In this document: positions 8,758 through 17,532 of the stretch, in pieces
Layout: the number at the start of each line of letters is the position of its first letter
Position numbering within the stretch: position 1 is the first letter of the stretch
Assembly (NCBI GenBank): GCA_963840855.1
Contig: CAWJBB010000033.1
Span: forward strand, 1 to 64,000
Origin: an uncultured delta proteobacterium
GTDB lineage: Bacteria > Desulfobacterota > Binatia > UBA9968
Length of the DNA: 64,000 nt
Direction of reading: 5' to 3'
Notes under the pieces: generated by a model
Seen by the model: the letters and a program-made list of their open reading frames with translations, nothing else
Told to the model about the DNA's origin: nothing
The model's database searches: none
Made by a program: the position numbers and the translations under genes

Positions 8758-10677
8758 ATGATGATACGGAATAATGAAAAATCCTCGAGAGCGAAGCGAT
8801 CTCTGGGCAGCAGTAGCATCGGAAAACTACCGTCTCTGATCGCCGTCGCGACCTTCGTTCTGATTATTGCGTCCCTCTATTGGGCGCAAGCGGTTCTGAT
8901 CCCGATTGCTCTCTCGATCATGCTGACCTTTCTGCTGAGCCCGGTCGTCAGCGCCTCAGAACGGATCGGTCTAGGGCGACTCCCGTCAGTTATCCTCATC
9001 GTAGTCCTTACATTTTCACTCCTGGCTGGAATTGGATGGGTTGTTACGCTCCAGCTTTCCAGCCTAGGTAACGAGCTGCCCAAATACACGGTTAATATCA
9101 AGCAAAAAATAGCCGACGTGCGCGGCGCGGGTAAGGGAGGTGTTCTGGAGAAGGTTCAAAGGGCTATTGAAGAGGTTGAGGACGAAATTCAGAAAAACGA
9201 CGTACCTTTAAGGGTCCAAGAAAAACCCCGTGAGGTTGTCGTGAAGGCCGAGGAGTCGACCACGTTTTGGCCCATTCCATTGGCCCTCGGCCCGATGGTG
9301 GAGCGGTTCGCCGGCGCTGGCCTCGTGATTGTGCTGGTGATCTTTATGCTCATTCAGCGCGAAGACCTGCGCAATCGATTGATCCGCCTCGTGGGTTATG
9401 GCCGTTTGACGTTTACCACTAGCGCCCTGGAAGAAGCGGGCGACCGGATCAGCCGCTACCTACTCATGCAGACAATCATCAATTCCTCCTTCGGGCTAGC
9501 GGTGGGTTTGGCACTTTATCTGATCGGCGTCCCATATGCCGTGCTTTGGGGTTTTTTCGCGGCCGTGTTGCGTTTCATTCCTTATGTCGGACCCTTTGCG
9601 GCTGCAATCATGCCGAGCGCCCTTAGCCTGGCGGTTTTCGAAGGTTGGCTGTGGCCGGTCCTGGTTGTAGGAATCTTTGTGGCTTTGGAACTCCTCAATA
9701 ATATGATTTTGGAGCCTTTGCTCTATGCGGAGAGCGCGGGTGTTTCGGGGGTTGGACTTCTAGTCGCGGTCGCCTTCTGGACTTGGCTTTGGGGCCCGGT
9801 CGGACTCGTCCTCGCCACCCCGCTCACGGTCTGTGTTGTCGTGCTTGGCAAGTACGTACCCGGGATGGATTTTATCGGAGTGCTGATGAGCGATCAGCCG
9901 GCCATGGAATCAAACATGAGCTACTATCAGAGATTGCTAGCTATGGACCAGGCCGAAGCGGCGGAAATCGTGGAAGAGCATCTCACGACCCACCCGCGGG
10001 AACAGCTTTTCGATGGGGTGCTGATTCCGGCATTGAACTATGCCCGGAGGGACCGGGAACTTGGCAGGCTAACGGAAGATGGCGAACAATTTGTTTTCCG
10101 AGCGACACGGGAGATCCTCGAGGACCTGAACAATTTGAAGCCCGAGAGTTCGTCGGACGCATCTGACTCTTCACAACCTGCGACGATCGTCCAAAGCTCC
10201 CTGGTTATTCTTCCGAAAGTTCCCATCTTGGGATGTCCTGCCCACGACGAAGCGGACGAACTGGCACTCCTCATGTTCCGGCAGCTGCTTGATTCCACGA
10301 AATATGAAGTCGAAATTATGTCCGACGAGACGCTTACATCCGAGGTTGTCGCCCTGGTTGGCGAGAAGAATCCAGCTATGATTTGTATCGCAGCCGTACC
10401 GCCCGGCGGACTGGCCCAGACACGCTACCTCTGCAAGCGGCTGCGGGCCCGGTTTCCCAATCTCAAGATTGCGGTCGGGAGATGGGGCACAGGAAGCGAA
10501 GATAGTAACAGTATCCTGCTCGCGGGCGCTGATAAGGTCGGGACTACTATGATTGAGACACGCGAGCAGATGATTCAATTGAGCCAAATTAGCCCTCATC
10601 CCGAAGCACAGTACGGGGCGACGGCAGCTCCTTTCTCTCTTCCTGACGAAAAGCTTGCTGCTGAATTTCTCTCCTGA
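8758..10677 (+). CDS. AI-2E (PerM/TqsA, UPF0118) family transporter with C-terminal cytoplasmic alpha/beta domain
   Basis: Motifs LIPIALSIMLTFLLSP, LRFIPYVGP and WTWLWGPVGLVLATPLT, plus an extra ~270-aa soluble tail. Confidence 0.88.
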   Translation: MMIRNNEKSSRAKRSLGSSSIGKLPSLIAVATFVLIIASLYWAQAVLIPIALSIMLTFLLSPVVSASERIGLGRLPSVILIVVLTFSLLAGIGWVVTLQLSSLGNELPKYTVNIKQKIADVRGAGKGGVLEKVQRAIEEVEDEIQKNDVPLRVQEKPREVVVKAEESTTFWPIPLALGPMVERFAGAGLVIVLVIFMLIQREDLRNRLIRLVGYGRLTFTTSALEEAGDRISRYLLMQTIINSSFGLAVGLALYLIGVPYAVLWGFFAAVLRFIPYVGPFAAAIMPSALSLAVFEGWLWPVLVVGIFVALELLNNMILEPLLYAESAGVSGVGLLVAVAFWTWLWGPVGLVLATPLTVCVVVLGKYVPGMDFIGVLMSDQPAMESNMSYYQRLLAMDQAEAAEIVEEHLTTHPREQLFDGVLIPALNYARRDRELGRLTEDGEQFVFRATREILEDLNNLKPESSSDASDSSQPATIVQSSLVILPKVPILGCPAHDEADELALLMFRQLLDSTKYEVEIMSDETLTSEVVALVGEKNPAMICIAAVPPGGLAQTRYLCKRLRARFPNLKIAVGRWGTGSEDSNSILLAGADKVGTTMIETREQMIQLSQISPHPEAQYGATAAPFSLPDEKLAAEFLS

Positions 10678-10858
10678 GTAAACACTATATCTGAAGAATC
10701 CATACACTATGCCCCGAATAACGTCATTGATGTCCTCAGCCCTAACTAACCTCGCCCGAGATAAAAAACCTTATTCTTCCACTTTTATCTACAATGGAGC
10801 TATTGGAAGCGCTAGCCGGAGAAAAAGAGAAAATCTCCTGCAGAAGGAGGTGAACAAC

Positions 10859-11014
10859 ATGAATCTGACAAAAAACCTGGGAATGCTCTTGCTGGGCATA
10901 TGGCTCATCGTAACAGGCCTACTGCAAGTGGTCAGCATCCCAATTCCAACCATCGGTATTATACTGGCTCTGCTTGCTATCACTGCCGGTGTTTTGATCC
11001 TGGTGGGTCGGTAA
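10859..11014 (+). CDS. 51-aa two-TM small membrane protein MNLTKNLGMLLLGIWLIVTGL...
   Basis: Perfect AAGGAGGTG RBS before the ATG at 10859 (the track ORF starts too early); two hydrophobic helices. Confidence 0.8.
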   Translation: MNLTKNLGMLLLGIWLIVTGLLQVVSIPIPTIGIILALLAITAGVLILVGR

Positions 11015-11123
11015 GCTTTTGGGGGTTGGAGAGGCAAGAAAATTGCGTACTCGGAACCCCTTCGTCTTGTTTGGTCCGGGTGCGGCACTTTTGTTCTTAT
11101 TCTTCCGGCCCCTGATGTGGTGG

Positions 11124-13538
11124 TCAGGAAATAGCACGAGCCGCAAGTCTTTCGCCGGGAGAAAAACCACCCGGGGCTTCGGGCTCTAGGGCGAGCCGCA
11201 ACGCCTCGTCCGCGGTTTTCAAAAACTCAAAGCGGATGTCCACGCGGCCAGCGGAGGGAATCTCTTCAATGTCTCTTCGGTTCCACTCGGGAAGCAACAC
11301 GCAAGAGATGCCCGCTCTTTTTGCGGCCAGCACCTTCTCCTTGATGCCTCCTACCGGCAGTACTAAGCCCCGCAGACTGATCTCGCCCGTCATGGCGACA
11401 TCTTTGCTGATGCGCTGTCCCGTTAGAAGTGAAACGAGAGCGACGAAGAGCGTGATCCCAGCACTGGGGCCGTCCTTTGGGATAGCGCCCGCAGGAATAT
11501 GAATGTGCAAGTCGTTCTTCTTGAAAATATCGGGATCGATTCCCAGTGTCTCCGCGCGTGATTTGACCAGGCTCAAAGCGGCCTGTGCGCTTTCTTTCAT
11601 GACATCGCCAAGCTGGCCGGTTAAAATTAACTTGCCGTCTCCCGGCATCTTGGTCGCTTCGACAAATAAGATATCCCCGCCGAAGGGTGTCCAGGCCAAG
11701 CCGGTAGCCACACCCGGCAAGCTGGTGCGCAGGGCGATCTCGTTGAAGAATTTTGGCGGCCCCAGGTAGGCAGGGATGGATTCCGGCTTGACCGCGATCG
11801 TTTCATTAAAACCATCCGCGACGCGCGTTGCCACACTGCGGCAGACAGCTCCCAACTCGCGCTCGAGTTGACGAACGCCGGCTTCGCGCGTATAGGAGCG
11901 AATAATTTCCCGAATGGCATTGTCAGTAAAATTAATATCGCCGGGTTTGAGGCCATTTTCGGAAATCTGTCGAGGGACTAGGTATCCTTTTGCAATCGCC
12001 AGCTTGTCTTCCTCGATGTATCCCGGCAATTCCAAGATTTCCATTCGGTCACGCAGCGGGCCCGGAACCGTATCGAGCACGTTCGCCGTGGCGATGAACA
12101 ATACCTGAGTTAGATCGAAGGGCATAGCGAGGTAATGGTCCTGAAAGGTTGAATTTTGCGAGGGGTCGAGGACCTCCAGCAAAGCGGCGGACGGATTGCC
12201 CTGAAAACTCGCGCTAAGCTTGTCGACTTCATCCAGCATGAAGACAGGATTGCGACTGCCGGCCTTTTTAATCCCTTGAATAATATTTCCCGGCAGCGCT
12301 CCGATATAGGTGCGCCGATGCCCGCGAATATCCGCCTCGTCATGGACGCCGCCGAGACTTTGGCGCACGAACTTACGATTCATCGCCCGAGCGACGCTTT
12401 GCCCGAGCGAGGTCTTGCCTACTCCCGGAGGACCGACTAAGCACAGGATAGGGCTTTTTCCTTCCGGCATGAGTTTACGAACGGCGAGAAATTCGATAAT
12501 GCGCTTCTTCACTTTTTCGAGACCGTAGTGGTCGGCGTCGAGAATCTCACGCGCCTTCGGAAGGTCGATTTCTTCTTTGGTGACAATGCTCCAAGGAAGC
12601 TCTACCAACCAGTCGAAGTAGGTTCTCAACAACGAGTGTTCAGGCGCCATCTCAGGAATACGCTCTAAACGAGTTAGTTCTTTTAGCGCTTCCTTCTCGA
12701 CCTCAGGCGGCATTTTTGCCTCGTAGAGTTTTTTTCTTAGCTCTTCAATTTCGCCACCTTTGCCATCCTCCTCGCCGAGTTCCTTGTGAATCGCCTTTAA
12801 TTGTTCACGCAGGAAATACTGGCGCTGGGTTTTGTCCAGGGATTCCTTGGTGTTATCGCCAATTTTCTTGCTCAGCTCCAGCAATTCGATCTGCCGCGCT
12901 AACTTTTCTGAAACCCTTTGGGCGCGCACCTCCGGGTCGAGTATTCCGAGGATTTCTTGTTTTTCGGCGGTTGGAAGGTCCAAAGTGGAAGCGACCATAT
13001 CGATGACGGATAACGGATCTTCAATTCTTTCAATCATCGCTCTCAACTCGTTCATGGGCTCAGAGAATAGCGACAAGGCCCGGGCTGCCTCTTGACGCAG
13101 ACGCAATATTCTCGCCTCGAATTCCTTGGTCTGCGGTATCTTTTCTTCCACCATCGTGACGCGCGCGATGAGAACCGGATCGGTCTCGAGGAATTCGCCA
13201 ATCTCAAAGCGGCGGCGGCCTTGCACGAGGACCTGACGCTGACCGTCCGGCAGGGTAAACAGTCTTAGAATATCCGCGGCGGTGCCGACTTCGTAAAGGT
13301 CTTTGGGCTCCGGCATTTCTATTTTCGGATCGCGTTGGACAACAAATCCAACCGGCACTTGTTGGCGAACCGCCTCCTCGACAGCGTGGCGCCTGGCCGG
13401 GCTACGGACCGAAAGCGGCATTATCATGGACGGGAAGAGCACCCGGTTGCGCATCGGTAGGATGACCAACGCTCCCTCGGGGATATTGAGGCGCTGCTTG
13501 GATTTAACGGATTCCTTTTCTTCTTCTTCAGTGTTCAT
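11124..13538 (-). CDS. lon: ATP-dependent protease La (LonA)
   Basis: LON N-domain, Walker A GPPGVGKTS, MLDEVDK, catalytic PKDGPSAG and GGIKEK. Confidence 0.97.
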   Translation of the reverse strand: MNTEEEEKESVKSKQRLNIPEGALVILPMRNRVLFPSMIMPLSVRSPARRHAVEEAVRQQVPVGFVVQRDPKIEMPEPKDLYEVGTAADILRLFTLPDGQRQVLVQGRRRFEIGEFLETDPVLIARVTMVEEKIPQTKEFEARILRLRQEAARALSLFSEPMNELRAMIERIEDPLSVIDMVASTLDLPTAEKQEILGILDPEVRAQRVSEKLARQIELLELSKKIGDNTKESLDKTQRQYFLREQLKAIHKELGEEDGKGGEIEELRKKLYEAKMPPEVEKEALKELTRLERIPEMAPEHSLLRTYFDWLVELPWSIVTKEEIDLPKAREILDADHYGLEKVKKRIIEFLAVRKLMPEGKSPILCLVGPPGVGKTSLGQSVARAMNRKFVRQSLGGVHDEADIRGHRRTYIGALPGNIIQGIKKAGSRNPVFMLDEVDKLSASFQGNPSAALLEVLDPSQNSTFQDHYLAMPFDLTQVLFIATANVLDTVPGPLRDRMEILELPGYIEEDKLAIAKGYLVPRQISENGLKPGDINFTDNAIREIIRSYTREAGVRQLERELGAVCRSVATRVADGFNETIAVKPESIPAYLGPPKFFNEIALRTSLPGVATGLAWTPFGGDILFVEATKMPGDGKLILTGQLGDVMKESAQAALSLVKSRAETLGIDPDIFKKNDLHIHIPAGAIPKDGPSAGITLFVALVSLLTGQRISKDVAMTGEISLRGLVLPVGGIKEKVLAAKRAGISCVLLPEWNRRDIEEIPSAGRVDIRFEFLKTADEALRLALEPEAPGGFSPGERLAARAIS

Positions 13539-13966
13539 GCATGTTTCCTTAGCTCGATGATCAGCAGGCCGTCTCGAAAAGAAATTTCTCCCACCGATAG
13601 AGCTTGTTCGTTTGGCACGAGCCTGAGTCGCCGGTCAAAGCGACCGAGCGGAATTTCCCATAGCTTTAGTTCTCCGTCGTAGCAGCATTTCGGCAGCGGC
13701 CGTTCGCCGGCGATGACCAGGTCGCGTCCCTCTAGCCGTACGTCGACCCGGTCAACTGCGACTCCAGCGAGGGCCGAAATCACCCACAGGCATTCGTCCG
13801 TCTCGACGACGTTAACCGGAGGTTCCCAGCTTGGCGTTCTCCCACGGGAAGACCGATAGCGAGCCCCGGCGGCGACTTGTAGGAAATTCCTACGGATCCG
13901 CTCTGCCTGCTGGAGCAGATCGTTAGCTCGCTGCCAGATTATGAAATCCCAATCATGCGCTGACAT
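13535..13966 (-). CDS. Hsp20/alpha-crystallin small heat shock protein
   Basis: Motifs WEPPVNVVET, LVIAGER, EIPLGRFDR and FRDGLLIIEL. Its stop overlaps the lon start (ATGA). Confidence 0.88.
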   Translation of the reverse strand: MSAHDWDFIIWQRANDLLQQAERIRRNFLQVAAGARYRSSRGRTPSWEPPVNVVETDECLWVISALAGVAVDRVDVRLEGRDLVIAGERPLPKCCYDGELKLWEIPLGRFDRRLRLVPNEQALSVGEISFRDGLLIIELRKHA

Positions 13967-14036
13967 AAAATCCGGACGCCCCACCTAATGCGGTCGCACA
14001 TGCTGGTATTAATACGCCATAATTGTTTTCAGAACC

Positions 14037-14057
14037 GTCCAATATTAGACAGCAATT
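14037..14057. promoter_or_regulatory. Palindromic operator candidate GTCCAATATTAGAC(AGCAATT), copy 2
   Basis: Lies in the divergent region between hsp20 and the 14182 gene. A TAAATT -10-like box at 14073-14078 puts the palindrome centre near -41.5. Confidence 0.55.
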
Positions 14058-14181
14058 CAACACAGGTCAGTGTAAATTCATAAGGATTCACGGCATAGGG
14101 TCTCACTTCGCGGTTACCTGAAATTCTTCAAGTAACCCTGCCATCCTCAACCCTCTAACCGGTCCGACCAAGGAGATTAAA

Positions 14182-14502
14182 ATGTACAGTCGAAACGTGA
14201 GTTTCAAACTCAAGGCCAAAAGCACGGCGGAGTTCACGCGTATTCTTGAGGGAGAGGTTATCCCATTGCTCCGAAGACAAAGGGGATTCGAGGATGAGAT
14301 CAGCTTCATCGCTCCAGAACGCAACGAGGCAGTCGCCATCAGTCTTTGGCATAAGAAAGATGACGCGGAGACTTATCACCAGAAGACTTATCCTGAGGTC
14401 TTGAAGGCCCTGTCGAAGGTGATTGAAGGCACTCCCAAAGTGGAGATCTTTGAGGTTGGAAACTCCACCTCTCACCAGATCGCTGCTAGCGCGGTCAACT
14501 GA
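14182..14502 (+). CDS. Dimeric alpha+beta barrel (ABM-like) small protein
   Basis: AAGGAG RBS; pattern ..IPLLRRQRGF...AISLW..K.DAE.Y.. typical of ABM-fold proteins. Confidence 0.75.
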   Translation: MYSRNVSFKLKAKSTAEFTRILEGEVIPLLRRQRGFEDEISFIAPERNEAVAISLWHKKDDAETYHQKTYPEVLKALSKVIEGTPKVEIFEVGNSTSHQIAASAVN

Positions 14503-14565
14503 CAGGGTTTGGAGAGAGGCAGCAATTCCTCTCTGGATCGTACTTTTGCAATGCCAGAGGTTTTT

Positions 14566-14844
14566 ATGAATCTCATAATCCAAATATTAGTGGGAGCACT
14601 TACCGGTTGGTTGACGGGAAAAGTGGTCGAGGTGGAGGCTCGCGTAAACGTTGTGAAAGAGGGACATGTTTTGGACACGTTCTATGGGATCATCGGTGCC
14701 TTGATCGGGAAGCATCTGTTTTTCTGGATCGTTATCGGCAAGGGTAGCACCATGAGCGATCTCTTAACTGCGATCCTTGGCTCAATCACCGTCGTGGGAG
14801 CAGCTCGGCTGCTAACCGACCGGTGGCGCCGCGTCCAATCTTGA
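14566..14844 (+). CDS. GlsB/YeaQ/YmgE (transglycosylase-associated) stress membrane protein
   Basis: Motifs IIQILVGALTGWLTG, GIIGALIG and LLTAILGS; GAGG RBS. Confidence 0.8.
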   Translation: MNLIIQILVGALTGWLTGKVVEVEARVNVVKEGHVLDTFYGIIGALIGKHLFFWIVIGKGSTMSDLLTAILGSITVVGAARLLTDRWRRVQS

Positions 14845-15071
14845 GAGACGAATATTATTCCCAAACCCCTCGGGACGTACCGCACTTTCGCATCATGGCG
14901 GATCCAACCGGAAGCAAAGCAGCCCCATCCTGCCTGGACAAAGCGCCGGTTAAGGGATAGTGTCATTCGCGGGCGTCAACCACCGAGGTTTCGCGCCCAA
15001 CACTAAGTGACCGACCGAGCCCCACAGCCAGACGACCGTTGTAATCATCGTGGGCATTGAAAGGAGACACG

Positions 15072-15753
15072 ATGACGATTCAACAAACTCCTCAAGCGGA
15101 CGAGTTCAAGCGACAGTTACGCGATTCGTTGCAGCGCGAGACCTTCAGTAGCCACGCGACCAGGATCGAGCGTCATTCGAACGTCTACACCTGCGGCGAT
15201 CATGACGATATGGTCTATTTCATCGAGAGCGGTCAGATCAAGCTGTTGATGCTCTCCCGAAGGCAGAGAATGCCTTCTTGCCATCCATAGCGGCGGCGAT
15301 ATTTTCGGCGAGTTGTCTTTGTCCGGATTAGGCGCGCGCCTGGAAACGGCTACGGCGATGAAAGCGACGACCGTAAAACAAATACCCTGCGCTCAGTTTT
15401 TTGCGTATCTAAGCCGCGACTCGCTGTTCGAAGGCTTCGTGCGCTACCTGGCGGTGCGCATCGCCGACCAACAGCAGGTCATCGCCAACCTGGTGACGGT
15501 GGACAGCGAACAACGACTGGGGAAAACGCTGTTGCAGTTGGCTCGCACAATGGGCAAGAAAGACCCGCGCAGCATTCGTATCGAGCTGAAAATTTCACAT
15601 GAAGAATTGTCCGAGATGGTGGGAACGACGCGGCCGCGGATCAGTTTGTTTATGCAAAGATTTCACAACCTTGGACTGATAGAGACGAATAAAGATCGCT
15701 TCCTCGTCATCAAAGAAAACAAGCTCACCGAATATCTGGCTCAGATCGCCTAA
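15072..15753 (+). CDS. Crp/Fnr family transcriptional regulator (one frameshift near 15258)
   Basis: The cNMP domain VYFIESGQIKL continues in another frame as EGRECLLAIHSGGDIFGEL, then EQRLGKTLL and the HTH ISHEELSEMVGTTRPRIS. Joins track ORFs 15057 and 15313. Confidence 0.88.
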
Positions 15754-15837
15754 CGTGTCCGTGCGGCTGCGCAAACCACATTCTCCATTCGTTCTAAAGT
15801 TGTTCAGCATTAGGCAGCTATTCCATTCGCGCTGGTC

Positions 15838-16461
15838 CTACCTGCCAGCCAAGCGCACAGTGCTCGCCTGGGGCCCTTTTTCTCCCGCTGCCTCGGCGAA
15901 ATACACTTCCGTCCCCACCTCCAATTGGTCGAAGCCGGGTTGCAGCACGCTATTCTTGTGAAAATAGATCTCACGTCCATCTGGAGTTTCCAAAAATCCG
16001 TAATCCTCTTCGAGAAAAAGTTTTGTCACCCGCGCCAGCGGCGCAGGCTCATGAACTTTGACCTTGCCGCGCCGCTTGCGCGCATAGTCTTGAAGTTTTC
16101 GCCCCGCCGAATTGAAGGCGTCGCGAATGGCGACGTAGACATCTTCGTGGGCGGCATGTTTGCTCGGTTCGTGGCTTTCGGTCAGATCTTTGCCGGCGAG
16201 TTCCAGTTCGCGGAGCCTGACTGCGCTTAAGCGCTTGGGCGTGCGATTGACCACCAGCTCACCGCCGGGAACCGTGAGATCGATGCGAACCTGGTAGGCT
16301 TTCCCTTTATGGTGATGGCGGTGCGGCGCTTCGACCACCACGTGACAGCCCATGATTCTGTCATAGTAAGAATCTAGCTTTGCGGCTTTTTCTCGGACAG
16401 TTTCTTCGATAGCGGGCGAGTGCGGCATATTGCGAAACGTGATCTGCAGGGGATTTACCAT
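15838..16461 (-). CDS. HPF/RaiA (S30EA) ribosome-associated protein fused to a cold-shock domain
   Basis: PLQITFRNM..S.AIE, DVYVAIRDAF..A.RKL, then CSD YGFLETPDGREIYFHKNSV...GEKGPQAS; GGAGG RBS. Confidence 0.92.
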   Translation of the reverse strand: MVNPLQITFRNMPHSPAIEETVREKAAKLDSYYDRIMGCHVVVEAPHRHHHKGKAYQVRIDLTVPGGELVVNRTPKRLSAVRLRELELAGKDLTESHEPSKHAAHEDVYVAIRDAFNSAGRKLQDYARKRRGKVKVHEPAPLARVTKLFLEEDYGFLETPDGREIYFHKNSVLQPGFDQLEVGTEVYFAEAAGEKGPQASTVRLAGR

Positions 16462-16836
16462 AGGTTAGTCTCCTCCGCGTGTTATGTTGGCTCGTCGGCT
16501 TCGCGTTCCCGACCGCCGATCGGAACGGCAAGAGATATGCCATCGACTGCCTCCCGCGCTGCGGTAATCCATTGATGCTCTGGCGCTCTCGCATACGCAG
16601 TCCCGGTCCCGGGGAGTTTCTTCCAAAGGCCGAGAAAACGCGACGGCGTTATTCTCAACCATGAATATGCATTCTCTCCGTTGAGGTTAGTCTCTCATCT
16701 TTATTAAGACAAATAAATAGGAAAATGCCACTGAGCGTTGATTCGGCAGCGGGCATAATAATTGCGCGTGCTTAGTGGACGAGAACCTCCATTCGGGCCA
16801 TCCCTACAACGACAATGCGGAGGGAGCGTTCAAAGT

Positions 16837-17532
16837 TCAAGGTACAACGTTCAAGGTTTCAAGCCGTGACTGTGAAGGCGAGACAAAAGGCTTCCATCCC
16901 GAGTCCCATTCCAGATACTCCAATCCGGCAAATCGCTTTTTGTAATCGTACGCGAATGGTTCCCGGTAAGCGTAGCCTGGATAATAGTAGTGACACCCGC
17001 GCTCGCGGGAAAAGCGGATCGAATGAAGCATCATCAAAATGCCCAAGCTCCTCTTGGCCTGTGCTGGATCGAAGACAGCGTACACCGCCGAAGTCGCGGT
17101 TTCTCCCACATCCAGGAACGTGACCCCGACGAGTTTGTCGCCGACATAAACCGATAATTCCAGATTCGGACAGGGCACGGCAGCGGGAACGGGCGACAAG
17201 AAGTCGTGGAGAGAGGAGGGGATGTTTTCCGTGAAGCGCAGCCTGTGTTTGGCGAAGAGATCCTCCTTCGCCTCGTCGATTGATGACGCGCCGATAACGA
17301 GCTGGGTATCGTGATTGTTCCTGAGCACGCGCTTTTGACCGCGGCTAAGGCTGAACCGGTTGAGATCGATACGCAAGGGAAGAACATTAAACTCTACGTC
17401 GTCATGCATCGAGGTCCGGTACTGAAAGAAAAAGATACCGAAGTGGCGCCACCCCTCGGCCCAGAGACGATCCATCTCAGCCGGCGGTACACACAAACAA
17501 AGGAAGTTTTGCTGGCGGTTCGAGGTTCCCAT
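16837..17532 (-). CDS. Arginyl-tRNA-protein transferase family protein (bacterial Ate/Bpt)
   Basis: Motifs LWAEGWRHFG, LPLRIDL..F..SRGQKR, SAVYAVFDP..KRSLG and YYYPGY..YKKRF. The ATG at 17532 overlaps the UbiD-family stop (TGATG); the track ORF start at 18132 is overextended. Confidence 0.85.
   Translation of the reverse strand: MGTSNRQQNFLCLCVPPAEMDRLWAEGWRHFGIFFFQYRTSMHDDVEFNVLPLRIDLNRFSLSRGQKRVLRNNHDTQLVIGASSIDEAKEDLFAKHRLRFTENIPSSLHDFLSPVPAAVPCPNLELSVYVGDKLVGVTFLDVGETATSAVYAVFDPAQAKRSLGILMMLHSIRFSRERGCHYYYPGYAYREPFAYDYKKRFAGLEYLEWDSGWKPFVSPSQSRLETLNVVP

Noticed and set aside
14533-14550. TGGATC...TTGCA sigma54-like site before the GlsB/YeaQ gene
   Set aside because: The GG-to-GC spacing is 11 rather than the required 10.
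16465-16662. Short ORFs upstream of the HPF-CSD gene, flanked by an 11-bp direct repeat AGGTTAGTCTC
   Set aside because: No frame gives a recognisable protein with a proper RBS, and the repeat is too short to interpret.
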